Shown here: positions 22,480 through 36,996 of the stretch, piece by piece
Layout of the letters: every line of letters begins with the position of its first letter
Numbering within the stretch: the first letter of the stretch is position 1
Assembly: GCA_025594325.1 (NCBI GenBank)
Contig: JANHCV010000017.1
Location: 186,001-250,000 of the forward strand
Length of the DNA: 64,000 bases
Direction of reading: 5' to 3'
DNA from: Blastocladiella emersonii ATCC 22665
Lineage: Eukaryota > Fungi > Blastocladiomycota
The notes under the pieces: generated by a model
Told to the model about the DNA's origin: nothing
The model's input: only the letters and a program-made list of their open reading frames with translations
Database searches by the model: none
Position numbers and translations under genes: made by a program

Positions 22480-25134
22480 GTGACCAAGTGACCAAGTGAC
22501 CAAGTGACCAAGGTGACCAAGGTGACCAAGGTGACCAAGGTGACCAAGGTGACCAAGTGACACACAAGCACCAAGCTAGGGTGGCCGGGCGGCCATGGAA
22601 CGTACTGCATGGGAACCATTACCGTGGACTGGCCGCGGCCATTTATCGCAGCACAGCCCTGCCTGGCTCAGGACGCGGCGGGCGTGGGAGGCAGGCAGGG
22701 TAGATCGGTAGCAGCAGCAGGACCTGGCTAGCTGGCTGTCAAACAACACAAGTGAAGGGGTGCGTGAGGGAGGGTGTGTTGAATGAATGGATGGGTGGAT
22801 GCAGGCAGAGAGAGACCTTCATACGTGTCGTGGGTGATGAGGATTGGTTGGCCACCATCCACCAACGCCATGGCATGGCTGCGGGTGTCGCTGCGTGCGC
22901 CTTGGCGGGTGGTGTTGGTGGGTGGGTGGTCTTGGTGGGTGCTGTGGTGGTAGTGGAGCTAGAGTGGTGCCGTGGGGCTCTTGGGGTCCCCTTTCCTTCC
23001 TGTCTGGCCTAGGTGGGTCGGCGGACGCAGCGCGCATGCGGGCAAGGTAACAACATTGCTCACGCAATGGATCATGTATTTTATGGCAAGTAGTCTGCGA
23101 AGCAGAGACGGGGATGTCCGGCCCAATCGGACCCTCCACGGATCACAATATGCACGCAATGAATTGACTGATGATAGGGATGTACCAAACCAGCCACGTA
23201 GACAATTGTCGTGGTTGTCGAACAAAACCATATTCAAATCTTTGGCAACGCGCCTGTCCAGCTAGCCAGGGACCCATGAATCACAGTATCGACCCAACAA
23301 GATATTAGACCATGGTAATATAGTAAACCAACCTCGTACATAATTGTCATGGTACTCAAACAAAACCATATTCAAGTCTTTGCTTTCCCGCATATCCAGC
23401 TGGCCAGGGACCCATAAATCACAGTATCGAACGAACAAGATATCTTACCATGGAAATATAGTTAACCAGCCACGCGGACAATTGTCATGGTACTCAATCG
23501 AGACCACATTCAAGTCTTTGCTCTCCCGCATGTCAAGCTGGTTGAAGGCCCATTAATCACAGTATCGACCCAACAAGATATTTGACCATGGAAACATAGT
23601 AAACCAGCCACGCGGATAATTGTCATGGTACTCAATCAAAACCATATTCAAGTCTTTGCTTTCCCGCACGTCCAGCTGGTTGAAGGCCCATAAATCACAG
23701 TATCGACCCAACAAAGTATCTGACAACCGAAATATAGCAGACAATCCACGCAGACAATTGTCATGCCACCTAATCAAAACCATATTCAAGTCTTTGCTTT
23801 CCCACATGTCAAGCTGGTTGAAGGCCCATAAATCACAGTATCGAACCAACGAAATATCTGACCATGGAAATATAGTAAAGCAGCCACGCAGATAATTGTC
23901 ATGGTACTTAATCAAAACCATATTCATATTTTTGCTTCCCCGCATGTCAAGCTGGTTGAAGGCCCATAAATCACAGTATCGAACGAACAAGATATCTTAC
24001 CATGGAAATATAGTTAACCAGCCACGCAAATGATTGTCATGCCACTTAATCAAAACCATACTCAAATGGTCGATTACCCTCACGTCCAAGCGGCCAAGGA
24101 CCCAAACCGCCAGATACCCAAATCTACGACCACGTTGCGCACACTCCACTAGCCAACTCTTCGATCCCCTAATTATGGAGCCCGTCGTCAAAGTCCACGG
24201 TCCAATCAACGAGGTAAACAGCGAACTTGTCAAACTGCCAACCTGCCAACCAAACACCCACGCCGCTTCTCAAGCCACGGTGGGCCCGCGCATTTGCGTT
24301 GCCGTCCCAGCCAACGAAGGAATGACTGATGAGCCCTGGTAGCCTGCTAGACTGACAGCCTGACAGCGCCCGCTCAGTTGCTATTATCTATCTCGTAGGT
24401 AGTCTGGGAGGAGTTCGTTAGTCGATACGCGACCAGTCTCCTCCTGGCTGCCCGCTCTGCTGCCATCTCCAAGGCCCGCATGAAGATGGGCCAGGGAGGT
24501 TTACGAGCATTTCCTATCTCTCCTCTCTCCGTGTGAAACCATTCACCCGCGGACGGATGCGCACCACGCACCGTGCACCGCGCACCGCGCACCGCGCACC
24601 GCGCACCGTGCACCGCGCACCGCGCACCGCGCACAGCGCACCGCGGACAGCGCCCGATGCACCACACGCTGCGCACACGGCGCCAACGGCCACGCTGGTG
24701 TCACGCACACACACTCGCATGAACGGCAAGCAGGCAAGGCTTCCTCAACTCAACCATGATCCATCGTCCATGTCTGCTCGCTCCAACGGGTGCGCCTGCC
24801 TACCCTCCCAGTGCCATCGATTGATTGATTCATGTCCAGTGCTGCCCATGCTTTCATGGCCGCGGGGTCCGTCAGAACGCCTTGCAATGCGTGCGCCTGC
24901 ATGCACCTGCACTGCAGAGCGCTGCAGAGGGCTGCACAGCGCTGCGGAGGGCTGCAGAGGGCTAAGGCGGCAGGGCTTCTCCTCCTGCAGGGGACAGTAC
25001 CAAGGCCAAGGAGTGCTAGTGACTACTAACGGAATGGTGATTGGCCCCCTTCACACGCTCCTGGCAGGACTGCGTGTGGGCGTGCGGGCGTTTGTGCGTG
25101 CGTGCCTTGATTCGTCCACCATCATACGCGCAAA
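22480..25134. repeat. Unit U9, 2655 bp; A-B-C-G-H-I (6)
   Basis: G follows C directly at 23620; J at 24034. Confidence 0.93.
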
Positions 25135-28100
25135 GTGACCAAGTGACCAAGTGACCAAGTGACCAAGGTGACCAAGGTGACCAAGGTGACCAAGGTGACC
25201 AAGGTGACCAAGTGACACACAAGCACCAAGCTAGGGTGGCCGGGCGGCCATGGAACGTACTGCATGGGAACCATTACCGTGGACTGGCCGCGGCCATTTA
25301 TCGCAGCACAGCCCTGCCTGGCTCAGGACGCGGCGGGCGTGGGAGGCAGGCAGGGTAGATCGGTAGCAGCAGCAGGACCTGGCTAGCTGGCTGTCAAACA
25401 ACACAAGTGAAGGGGTGCGTGAGGGAGGGTGTGTTGAATGAATGGATGGGTGGATGCAGGCAGAGAGAGACCTTCATACGTGTCGTGGGTGATGAGGATT
25501 GGTTGGCCACCATCCACCAACGCCATGGCATGGCTGCGGGTGTCGCTGCGTGCGCCTTGGCGGGTGGTGTTGGTGGGTGGGTGGTCTTGGTGGGTGCTGT
25601 GGTGGTAGTGGAGCTAGAGTGGTGCCGTGGGGCTCTTGGGGTCCCCTTTCCTTCCTGTCTGGCCTAGGTGGGTCGGCGGACGCAGCGCGCATGCGGGCAA
25701 GGTAACAACATTGCTCACGCAATGGATCATGTATTTTATGGCAAGTAGTCTGCGAAGCAGAGACGGGGATGTCCGGCCCAATCGGACCCTCCACGGATCA
25801 CAATATGCACGCAATGAATTGACTGATGATAGGGATGTACCAAACCAGCCACGTAGACAATTGTCGTGGTTGTCGAACAAAACCATATTCAAATCTTTGG
25901 CAACGCGCCTGTCCAGCTAGCCAGGGACCCATGAATCACAGTATCGACCCAACAAGATACTAGACCATGGTAATATAGTAAACCAACCTCGTACATAATT
26001 GTCATGGTACTCAAACAAAACCATATTCAAGTCTTTGCTTTCCCGCATATCCAGCTGGCCAGGGACCCATAAATCACAGTATCGAACGAACAAGATATCT
26101 TACCATGGAAATATAGTTAACCAGCCACGCGGACAATTGTCATGGTACTCAATCGAGACCACATTCAAGTCTTTGCTCTCCCGCATGTCAAGCTGGTTGA
26201 AGGCCCATTAATCACAGTATCGACCCAACAAGATATTTGACCATGGAAACATAGTAAACCAGCCACGCGGATAATTGTCATGGTACTCAATCAAAACCAT
26301 ATTCATATTTTTGCTTCCCCGTATGTCAAGCTGGTTGAAGACCCATAACTCACAGTATCGACCCAACAAGATATTTGACCATGGAAACATAGTAAACCAG
26401 CCACGCGGATAATTGTCATGGTACTCAATCAAAACCATATTCATATTTTTGCTTCCCCGCATGTCAAGCTGGTTGAAGACCCATAAATCACAGTATCGAA
26501 CCAACAAAATATCTGACCATGGAAATATAGTTAACCAGCCACGCGGACAATTGTCATGGTACTCAATCGAAACCACATTCAAGTCTTTGCTCTCCCGCAT
26601 GTCAAGCTGGTTGAAGGCCCATTAATCACAGTATCGACCCAACAAGATATTTGACCATGGAAACATAGTAAACCAGCCACGCGGATAATTGTCATGGTAC
26701 TCAATCAAAACCATATTCAAGTCTTTGCTTTCCCGCACGTCCAGCTGGTTGAAGGCCCATAAATCACAGTATCGACCCAACAAAGTATCTGACAACCGAA
26801 ATATAGCAGACAATCCACGCAGACAATTGTCATGCCACCTAATCAAAACCATATTCAAGTCTTTGCTTTCCCACATGTCAAGCTGGTTGAAGGCCCATAA
26901 ATCACAGTATCGAACCAACGAAATATCTGACCATGGAAATATAGTAAAGCAGCCACGCAGATAATTGTCATGGTACTTAATCAAAACCATATTCATATTT
27001 TTGCTTCCCCGCATGTCAAGCTGGTTGAAGGCCCATAAATCACAGTATCGAACGAACAAGATATCTTACCATGGAAATATAGTTAACCAGCCACGCAAAT
27101 GATTGTCATGCCACTTAATCAAAACCATACTCAAATGGTCGATTACCCTCACGTCCAAGCGGCCAAGGACCCAAACCGCCAGATACCCAAATCTACGACC
27201 ACGTTGCGCACACTCCACTAGCCAACTCTTCGATCCCCTAATTATGGAGCCCGTCGTCAAAGTCCACGGTCCAATCAACGAGGTAAACAGCGAACTTGTC
27301 AAACTGCCAACCTGCCAACCAAACACCCACGCCGCTTCTCAAGCCACGGTGGGCCCGCGCATTTGCGTTGCCGTCCCAGCCAACGAAGGAATGACTGATG
27401 AGCCCTGGTAGCCTGCTAGACTGACAGCCTGACAGCGCCCGCTCAGTTGCTATTATCTATCTCGTAGGTAGTCTGGGAGGAGTTCGTTAGTCGATACGCG
27501 ACCAGTCTCCTCCTGGCTGCCCGCTCTGCTGCCATCTCCAAGGCCCGCATGAAGATGGGCCAGGGAGGTTTACGAGCATTTCCTATCTCTCCTCTCTCCG
27601 TGTGAAACCATTCACCCGCGGACGGATGCGCACCACGCACCGTGCACCGCGCACCGCGCACCGCGCACCGCGCACCGTGCACCGCGCACCGCGCACCGCG
27701 CACAGCGCACCGCGGACAGCGCCCGATGCACCACACGCTGCGCACACGGCGCCAACGGCCACGCTGGTGTCACGCACACACACTCGCATGAACGGCAAGC
27801 AGGCAAGGCTTCCTCAACTCAACCATGATCCATCGTCCATGTCTGCTCGCTCCAACGGGTGCGCCTGCCTACCCTCCCAGTGCCATCGATTGATTGATTC
27901 ATGTCCAGTGCTGCCCATGCTTTCATGGCCGCGGGGTCCGTCAGAACGCCTTGCAATGCGTGCGCCTGCATGCACCTGCACTGCAGAGCGCTGCAGAGGG
28001 CTGCACAGCGCTGCGGAGGGCTGCAGAGGGCTAAGGCGGCAGGGCTTCTCCTCCTGCAGGGGACAGTACCAAGGCCAAGGAGTGCTAGTGACTACTAACG

Positions 28101-28203
28101 GAATGGTGATTGGCCCCCTTCACACGCTCCTGGCAGGACTGCGTGTGGGCGTGCGGGCGTTTGTGCGTGCGTGCCTTGATTCGTCCACCATCATACGCGC
28201 AAA
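25135..28203. repeat. Unit U10, 3069 bp; 9 monomers (F with ATTAAT stop variant, F^)
   Basis: Minus ORF split into 130 + 145 aa; J at 27103. Confidence 0.93.
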
Positions 28204-30858
28204 GTGACCAAGTGACCAAGTGACCAAGTGACCAAGGTGACCAAGGTGACCAAGGTGACCAAGGTGACCAAGGTGACCAAGTGACACACAAGCACCAAGC
28301 TAGGGTGGCCGGGCGGCCATGGAACGTACTGCATGGGAACCATTACCGTGGACTGGCCGCGGCCATTTATCGCAGCACAGCCCTGCCTGGCTCAGGACGC
28401 GGCGGGCGTGGGAGGCAGGCAGGGTAGATCGGTAGCAGCAGCAGGACCTGGCTAGCTGGCTGTCAAACAACACAAGTGAAGGGGTGCGTGAGGGAGGGTG
28501 TGTTGAATGAATGGATGGGTGGATGCAGGCAGAGAGAGACCTTCATACGTGTCGTGGGTGATGAGGATTGGTTGGCCACCATCCACCAACGCCATGGCAT
28601 GGCTGCGGGTGTCGCTGCGTGCGCCTTGGCGGGTGGTGTTGGTGGGTGGGTGGTCTTGGTGGGTGCTGTGGTGGTAGTGGAGCTAGAGTGGTGCCGTGGG
28701 GCTCTTGGGGTCCCCTTTCCTTCCTGTCTGGCCTAGGTGGGTCGGCGGACGCAGCGCGCATGCGGGCAAGGTAACAACATTGCTCACGCAATGGATCATG
28801 TATTTTATGGCAAGTAGTCTGCGAAGCAGAGACGGGGATGTCCGGCCCAATCGGACCCTCCACGGATCACAATATGCACGCAATGAATTGACTGATGATA
28901 GGGATGTACCAAACCAGCCACGTAGACAATTGTCGTGGTTGTCGAACAAAACCATATTCAAATCTTTGGCAACGCGCCTGTCCAGCTAGCCAGGGACCCA
29001 TGAATCACAGTATCGACCCAACAAGATATTAGACCATGGTAATATAGTAAACCAACCTCGTACATAATTGTCATGGTACTCAAACAAAACCATATTCAAG
29101 TCTTTGCTTTCCCGCATATCCAGCTGGCCAGGGACCCATAAATCACAGTATCGAACGAACAAGATATCTTACCATGGAAATATAGTTAACCAGCCACGCG
29201 GACAATTGTCATGGTACTCAATCGAGACCACATTCAAGTCTTTGCTCTCCCGCATGTCAAGCTGGTTGAAGGCCCATTAATCACAGTATCGACCCAACAA
29301 GATATTTGACCATGGAAACATAGTAAACCAGCCACGCGGATAATTGTCATGGTACTCAATCAAAACCATATTCAAGTCTTTGCTTTCCCGCACGTCCAGC
29401 TGGTTGAAGGCCCATAAATCACAGTATCGACCCAACAAAGTATCTGACAACCGAAATATAGCAGACAATCCACGCAGACAATTGTCATGCCACCTAATCA
29501 AAACCATATTCAAGTCTTTGCTTTCCCACATGTCAAGCTGGTTGAAGGCCCATAAATCACAGTATCGAACCAACGAAATATCTGACCATGGAAATATAGT
29601 AAAGCAGCCACGCAGATAATTGTCATGGTACTTAATCAAAACCATATTCATATTTTTGCTTCCCCGCATGTCAAGCTGGTTGAAGGCCCATAAATCACAG
29701 TATCGAACGAACAAGATATCTTACCATGGAAATATAGTTAACCAGCCACGCAAATGATTGTCATGCCACTTAATCAAAACCATACTCAAATGGTCGATTA
29801 CCCTCACGTCCAAGCGGCCAAGGACCCAAACCGCCAGATACCCAAATCTACGACCACGTTGCGCACACTCCACTAGCCAACTCTTCGATCCCCTAATTAT
29901 GGAGCCCGTCGTCAAAGTCCACGGTCCAATCAACGAGGTAAACAGCGAACTTGTCAAACTGCCAACCTGCCAACCAAACACCCACGCCGCTTCTCAAGCC
30001 ACGGTGGGCCCGCGCATTTGCGTTGCCGTCCCAGCCAACGAAGGAATGACTGATGAGCCCTGGTAGCCTGCTAGACTGACAGCCTGACAGCGCCCGCTCA
30101 GTTGCTATTATCTATCTCGTAGGTAGTCTGGGAGGAGTTCGTTAGTCGATACGCGACCAGTCTCCTCCTGGCTGCCCGCTCTGCTGCCATCTCCAAGGCC
30201 CGCATGAAGATGGGCCAGGGAGGTTTACGAGCATTTCCTATCTCTCCTCTCTCCGTGTGAAACCATTCACCCGCGGACGGATGCGCACCACGCACCGTGC
30301 ACCGCGCACCGCGCACCGCGCACCGCGCACCGTGCACCGCGCACCGCGCACCGCGCACAGCGCACCGCGGACAGCGCCCGATGCACCACACGCTGCGCAC
30401 ACGGCGCCAACGGCCACGCTGGTGTCACGCACACACACTCGCATGAACGGCAAGCAGGCAAGGCTTCCTCAACTCAACCATGATCCATCGTCCATGTCTG
30501 CTCGCTCCAACGGGTGCGCCTGCCTACCCTCCCAGTGCCATCGATTGATTGATTCATGTCCAGTGCTGCCCATGCTTTCATGGCCGCGGGGTCCGTCAGA
30601 ACGCCTTGCAATGCGTGCGCCTGCATGCACCTGCACTGCAGAGCGCTGCAGAGGGCTGCACAGCGCTGCGGAGGGCTGCAGAGGGCTAAGGCGGCAGGGC
30701 TTCTCCTCCTGCAGGGGACAGTACCAAGGCCAAGGAGTGCTAGTGACTACTAACGGAATGGTGATTGGCCCCCTTCACACGCTCCTGGCAGGACTGCGTG
30801 TGGGCGTGCGGGCGTTTGTGCGTGCGTGCCTTGATTCGTCCACCATCATACGCGCAAA
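28204..30858. repeat. Unit U11, 2655 bp; A-B-C-G-H-I (6)
   Basis: G at 29344, J at 29758. Confidence 0.93.
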
Positions 30859-33800
30859 GTGACCAAGTGACCAAGTGACCAAGTGACCAAGGTGACCAAG
30901 GTGACCAAGGTGACCAAGGTGACCAAGGTGACCAAGTGACACACAAGCACCAAGCTAGGGTGGCCGGGCGGCCATGGAACGTACTGCATGGGAACCATTA
31001 CCGTGGACTGGCCGCGGCCATTTATCGCAGCACAGCCCTGCCTGGCTCAGGACGCGGCGGGCGTGGGAGGCAGGCAGGGTAGATCGGTAGCAGCAGCAGG
31101 ACCTGGCTAGCTGGCTGTCAAACAACACAAGTGAAGGGGTGCGTGAGGGAGGGTGTGTTGAATGAATGGATGGGTGGATGCAGGCAGAGAGAGACCTTCA
31201 TACGTGTCGTGGGTGATGAGGATTGGTTGGCCACCATCCACCAACGCCATGGCATGGCTGCGGGTGTCGCTGCGTGCGCCTTGGCGGGTGGTGTTGGTGG
31301 GTGGGTGGTCTTGGTGGGTGCTGTGGTGGTAGTGGAGCTAGAGTGGTGCCGTGGGGCTCTTGGGGTCCCCTTTCCTTCCTGTCTGGCCTAGGTGGGTCGG
31401 CGGACGCAGCGCGCATGCGGGCAAGGTAACAACATTGCTCACGCAATGGATCATGTATTTTATGGCAAGTAGTCTGCGAAGCAGAGACGGGGATGTCCGG
31501 CCCAATCGGACCCTCCACGGATCACAATATGCACGCAATGAATTGACTGATGATAGGGATGTACCAAACCAGCCACGTAGACAATTGTCGTGGTTGTCGA
31601 ACAAAACCATATTCAAATCTTTGGCAACGCGCCTGTCCAGCTAGCCAGGGACCCATGAATCACAGTATCGACCCAACAAGATATTAGACCATGGTAATAT
31701 AGTAAACCAACCTCGTACATAATTGTCATGGTACTCAAACAAAACCATATTCAAGTCTTTGCTTTCCCGCATATCCAGCTGGCCAGGGACCCATAAATCA
31801 CAGTATCGAACGAACAAGATATCTTACCATGGAAATATAGTTAACCAGCCACGCGGACAATTGTCATGGTACTCAATCGAGACCACATTCAAGTCTTTGC
31901 TCTCCCGCATGTCAAGCTGGTTGAAGGCCCATTAATCACAGTATCGACCCAACAAGATATTTGACCATGGAAACATAGTAAACCAGCCACGCGGATAATT
32001 GTCATGGTACTCAATCAAAACCATATTCATATTTTTGCTTCCCCGTATGTCAAGCTGGTTGAAGACCCATAACTCACAGTATCGACCCAACAAGATATTT
32101 GACCATGGAAATATAGTTAACCAGCCACGCGGATAATTGTCATGGTACTCAATCAAAACCATATTCATATTTTTGCTTCCCCGCATGTCAAGCTGGTTGA
32201 AGACCCATAAATCACAGTATCGAACCAACAAAATATCTGACCATGGAAATATAGTTAACCAGCCACGCGGACAATTGTCATGGTACTCAATCGAAACCAC
32301 ATTCAAGTCTTTGCTCTCCCGCATGTCAAGCTGGTTGAAGGCCCATAAATCACAGTATCGACCCAACAAGATATTTGACCATGGAAATATAGTAAACCAG
32401 CCACGCGGATAATTGTCATGGTACTCAATCAAAACCATATTCAAGTCTTTGCTTTCCCGCACGTCCAGCTGGTTGAAGGCCCATAAATCACAGTATCGAC
32501 CCAACAAAGTATCTGACAACCGAAATATAGCAGACAATCCACGCAGACAATTGTCATGCCACCTAATCAAAACCATATTCAAGTCTTTGCTTTCCCACAT
32601 GTCAAGCTGGTTGAAGGCCCATAAATCACAGTATCGAACCAACGAAATATCTGACCATGGAAATATAGTAAAGCAGCCACGCAGATAATTGTCATGGTAC
32701 TTAATCAAAACCATATTCATATTTTTGCTTCCCCGCATGTCAAGCTGGTTGAAGGCCCATAAATCACAGTATCGAACGAACAAGATATCTTACCATGGAA
32801 ATATAGTTAACCAGCCACGCAAATGATTGTCATGCCACTTAATCAAAACCATACTCAAATGGTCGATTACCCTCACGTCCAAGCGGCCAAGGACCCAAAC
32901 CGCCAGATACCCAAATCTACGACCACGTTGCGCACACTCCACTAGCCAACTCTTCGATCCCCTAATTATGGAGCCCGTCGTCAAAGTCCACGGTCCAATC
33001 AACGAGGTAAACAGCGAACTTGTCAAACTGCCAACCTGCCAACCAAACACCCACGCCGCTTCTCAAGCCACGGTGGGCCCGCGCATTTGCGTTGCCGTCC
33101 CAGCCAACGAAGGAATGACTGATGAGCCCTGGTAGCCTGCTAGACTGACAGCCTGACAGCGCCCGCTCAGTTGCTATTATCTATCTCGTAGGTAGTCTGG
33201 GAGGAGTTCGTTAGTCGATACGCGACCAGTCTCCTCCTGGCTGCCCGCTCTGCTGCCATCTCCAAGGCCCGCATGAAGATGGGCCAGGGAGGTTTACGAG
33301 CATTTCCTATCTCTCCTCTCTCCGTGTGAAACCATTCACCCGCGGACGGATGCGCACCACGCACCGTGCACCGCGCACCGCGCACCGCGCACCGCGCACC
33401 GTGCACCGCGCACCGCGCACCGCGCACAGCGCACCGCGGACAGCGCCCGATGCACCACACGCTGCGCACACGGCGCCAACGGCCACGCTGGTGTCACGCA
33501 CACACACTCGCATGAACGGCAAGCAGGCAAGGCTTCCTCAACTCAACCATGATCCATCGTCCATGTCTGCTCGCTCCAACGGGTGCGCCTGCCTACCCTC
33601 CCAGTGCCATCGATTGATTGATTCATGTCCAGTGCTGCCCATGCTTTCATGGCCGCGGGGTCCGTCAGAACGCCTTGCAATGCGTGCGCCTGCATGCACC
33701 TGCACTGCAGAGCGCTGCAGAGGGCTGCACAGCGCTGCGGAGGGCTGCAGAGGGCTAAGGCGGCAGGGCTTCTCCTCCTGCAGGGGACAGTACCAAGGCC

Positions 33801-33927
33801 AAGGAGTGCTAGTGACTACTAACGGAATGGTGATTGGCCCCCTTCACACGCTCCTGGCAGGACTGCGTGTGGGCGTGCGGGCGTTTGTGCGTGCGTGCCT
33901 TGATTCGTCCACCATCATACGCGCAAA
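30859..33927. repeat. Unit U12, 3069 bp; 9 monomers (F open)
   Basis: 283-aa minus-strand ORF 31932-32783. Confidence 0.93.
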
Positions 33928-36900
33928 GTGACCAAGTGACCAAGTGACCAAGTGACCAAGGTGACCAAGGTGACCAAGGTGACCAAGGTGACCAAGGTGA
34001 CCAAGTGACACACAAGCACCAAGCTAGGGTGGCCGGGCGGCCATGGAACGTACTGCATGGGAACCATTACCGTGGACTGGCCGCGGCCATTTATCGCAGC
34101 ACAGCCCTGCCTGGCTCAGGACGCGGCGGGCGTGGGAGGCAGGCAGGGTAGATCGGTAGCAGCAGCAGGACCTGGCTAGCTGGCTGTCAAACAACACAAG
34201 TGAAGGGGTGCGTGAGGGAGGGTGTGTTGAATGAATGGATGGGTGGATGCAGGCAGAGAGAGACCTTCATACGTGTCGTGGGTGATGAGGATTGGTTGGC
34301 CACCATCCACCAACGCCATGGCATGGCTGCGGGTGTCGCTGCGTGCGCCTTGGCGGGTGGTGTTGGTGGGTGGGTGGTCTTGGTGGGTGCTGTGGTGGTA
34401 GTGGAGCTAGAGTGGTGCCGTGGGGCTCTTGGGGTCCCCTTTCCTTCCTGTCTGGCCTAGGTGGGTCGGCGGACGCAGCGCGCATGCGGGCAAGGTAACA
34501 ACATTGCTCACGCAATGGATCATGTATTTTATGGCAAGTAGTCTGCGAAGCAGAGACGGGGATGTCCGGCCCAATCGGACCCTCCACGGATCACAATATG
34601 CACGCAATGAATTGACTGATGATAGGGATGTACCAAACCAGCCACGTAGACAATTGTCGTGGTTGTCGAACAAAACCATATTCAAATCTTTGGCAACGCG
34701 CCTGTCCAGCTAGCCAGGGACCCATGAATCACAGTATCGACCCAACAAGATACTAGACCATGGTAATATAGTAAACCAACCTCGTACATAATTGTCATGG
34801 TACTCAAACAAAACCATATTCAAGTCTTTGCTTTCCCGCATATCCAGCTGGCCAGGGACCCATAAATCACAGTATCGAACGAACAAGATATCTTACCATG
34901 GAAATATAGTTAACCAGCCACGCGGACAATTGTCATGGTACTCAATCGAGACCACATTCAAGTCTTTGCTCTCCCGCATGTCAAGCTGGTTGAAGGCCCA
35001 TTAATCACAGTATCGACCCAACAAGATATTTGACCATGGAAACATAGTAAACCAGCCACGCGGATAATTGTCATGGTACTCAATCAAAACCATATTCATA
35101 TTTTTGCTTCCCCGTATGTCAAGCTGGTTGAAGACCCATAACTCACAGTATCGACCCAACAAGATATTTGACCATGGAAACATAGTAAACCAGCCACGCG
35201 GATAATTGTCATGGTACTCAATCAAAACCATATTCATATTTTTGCTTCCCCGCATGTCAAGCTGGTTGAAGACCCATAAATCACAGTATCGAACCAACAA
35301 AATATCTGACCATGGAAATATAGTTAACCAGCCACGCGGACAATTGTCATGGTACTCAATCGAAACCACATTCAAGTCTTTGCTCTCCCGCATGTCAAGC
35401 TGGTTGAAGGCCCATTAATCACAGTATCGACCCAACAAGATATTTGACCATGGAAACATAGTAAACCAGCCACGCGGATAATTGTCATGGTACTCAATCA
35501 AAACCATATTCAAGTCTTTGCTTTCCCGCACGTCCAGCTGGTTGAAGGCCCATAAATCACAGTATCGACCCAACAAAGTATCTGACAACCGAAATATAGC
35601 AGACAATCCACGCAGACAATTGTCATGCCACCTAATCAAAACCATATTCAAGTCTTTGCTTTCCCACATGTCAAGCTGGTTGAAGGCCCATAAATCACAG
35701 TATCGAACCAACGAAATATCTGACCATGGAAATATAGTAAAGCAGCCACGCAGATAATTGTCATGGTACTTAATCAAAACCATATTCATATTTTTGCTTC
35801 CCCGCATGTCAAGCTGGTTGAAGGCCCATAAATCACAGTATCGAACGAACAAGATATCTTACCATGGAAATATAGTTAACCAGCCACGCAAATGATTGTC
35901 ATGCCACTTAATCAAAACCATACTCAAATGGTCGATTACCCTCACGTCCAAGCGGCCAAGGACCCAAACCGCCAGATACCCAAATCTACGACCACGTTGC
36001 GCACACTCCACTAGCCAACTCTTCGATCCCCTAATTATGGAGCCCGTCGTCAAAGTCCACGGTCCAATCAACGAGGTAAACAGCGAACTTGTCAAACTGC
36101 CAACCTGCCAACCAAACACCCACGCCGCTTCTCAAGCCACGGTGGGCCCGCGCATTTGCGTTGCCGTCCCAGCCAACGAAGGAATGACTGATGAGCCCTG
36201 GTAGCCTGCTAGACTGACAGCCTGACAGCGCCCGCTCAGTTGCTATTATCTATCTCGTAGGTAGTCTGGGAGGAGTTCGTTAGTCGATACGCGACCAGTC
36301 TCCTCCTGGCTGCCCGCTCTGCTGCCATCTCCAAGGCCCGCATGAAGATGGGCCAGGGAGGTTTACGAGCATTTCCTATCTCTCCTCTCTCCGTGTGAAA
36401 CCATTCACCCGCGGACGGATGCGCACCACGCACCGTGCACCGCGCACCGCGCACCGCGCACCGCGCACCGTGCACCGCGCACCGCGCACCGCGCACAGCG
36501 CACCGCGGACAGCGCCCGATGCACCACACGCTGCGCACACGGCGCCAACGGCCACGCTGGTGTCACGCACACACACTCGCATGAACGGCAAGCAGGCAAG
36601 GCTTCCTCAACTCAACCATGATCCATCGTCCATGTCTGCTCGCTCCAACGGGTGCGCCTGCCTACCCTCCCAGTGCCATCGATTGATTGATTCATGTCCA
36701 GTGCTGCCCATGCTTTCATGGCCGCGGGGTCCGTCAGAACGCCTTGCAATGCGTGCGCCTGCATGCACCTGCACTGCAGAGCGCTGCAGAGGGCTGCACA
36801 GCGCTGCGGAGGGCTGCAGAGGGCTAAGGCGGCAGGGCTTCTCCTCCTGCAGGGGACAGTACCAAGGCCAAGGAGTGCTAGTGACTACTAACGGAATGGT

Positions 36901-36996
36901 GATTGGCCCCCTTCACACGCTCCTGGCAGGACTGCGTGTGGGCGTGCGGGCGTTTGTGCGTGCGTGCCTTGATTCGTCCACCATCATACGCGCAAA
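33928..36996. repeat. Unit U13, 3069 bp; 9 monomers (F^)
   Basis: 130 + 145 aa split ORFs; J at 35896. Confidence 0.93.
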
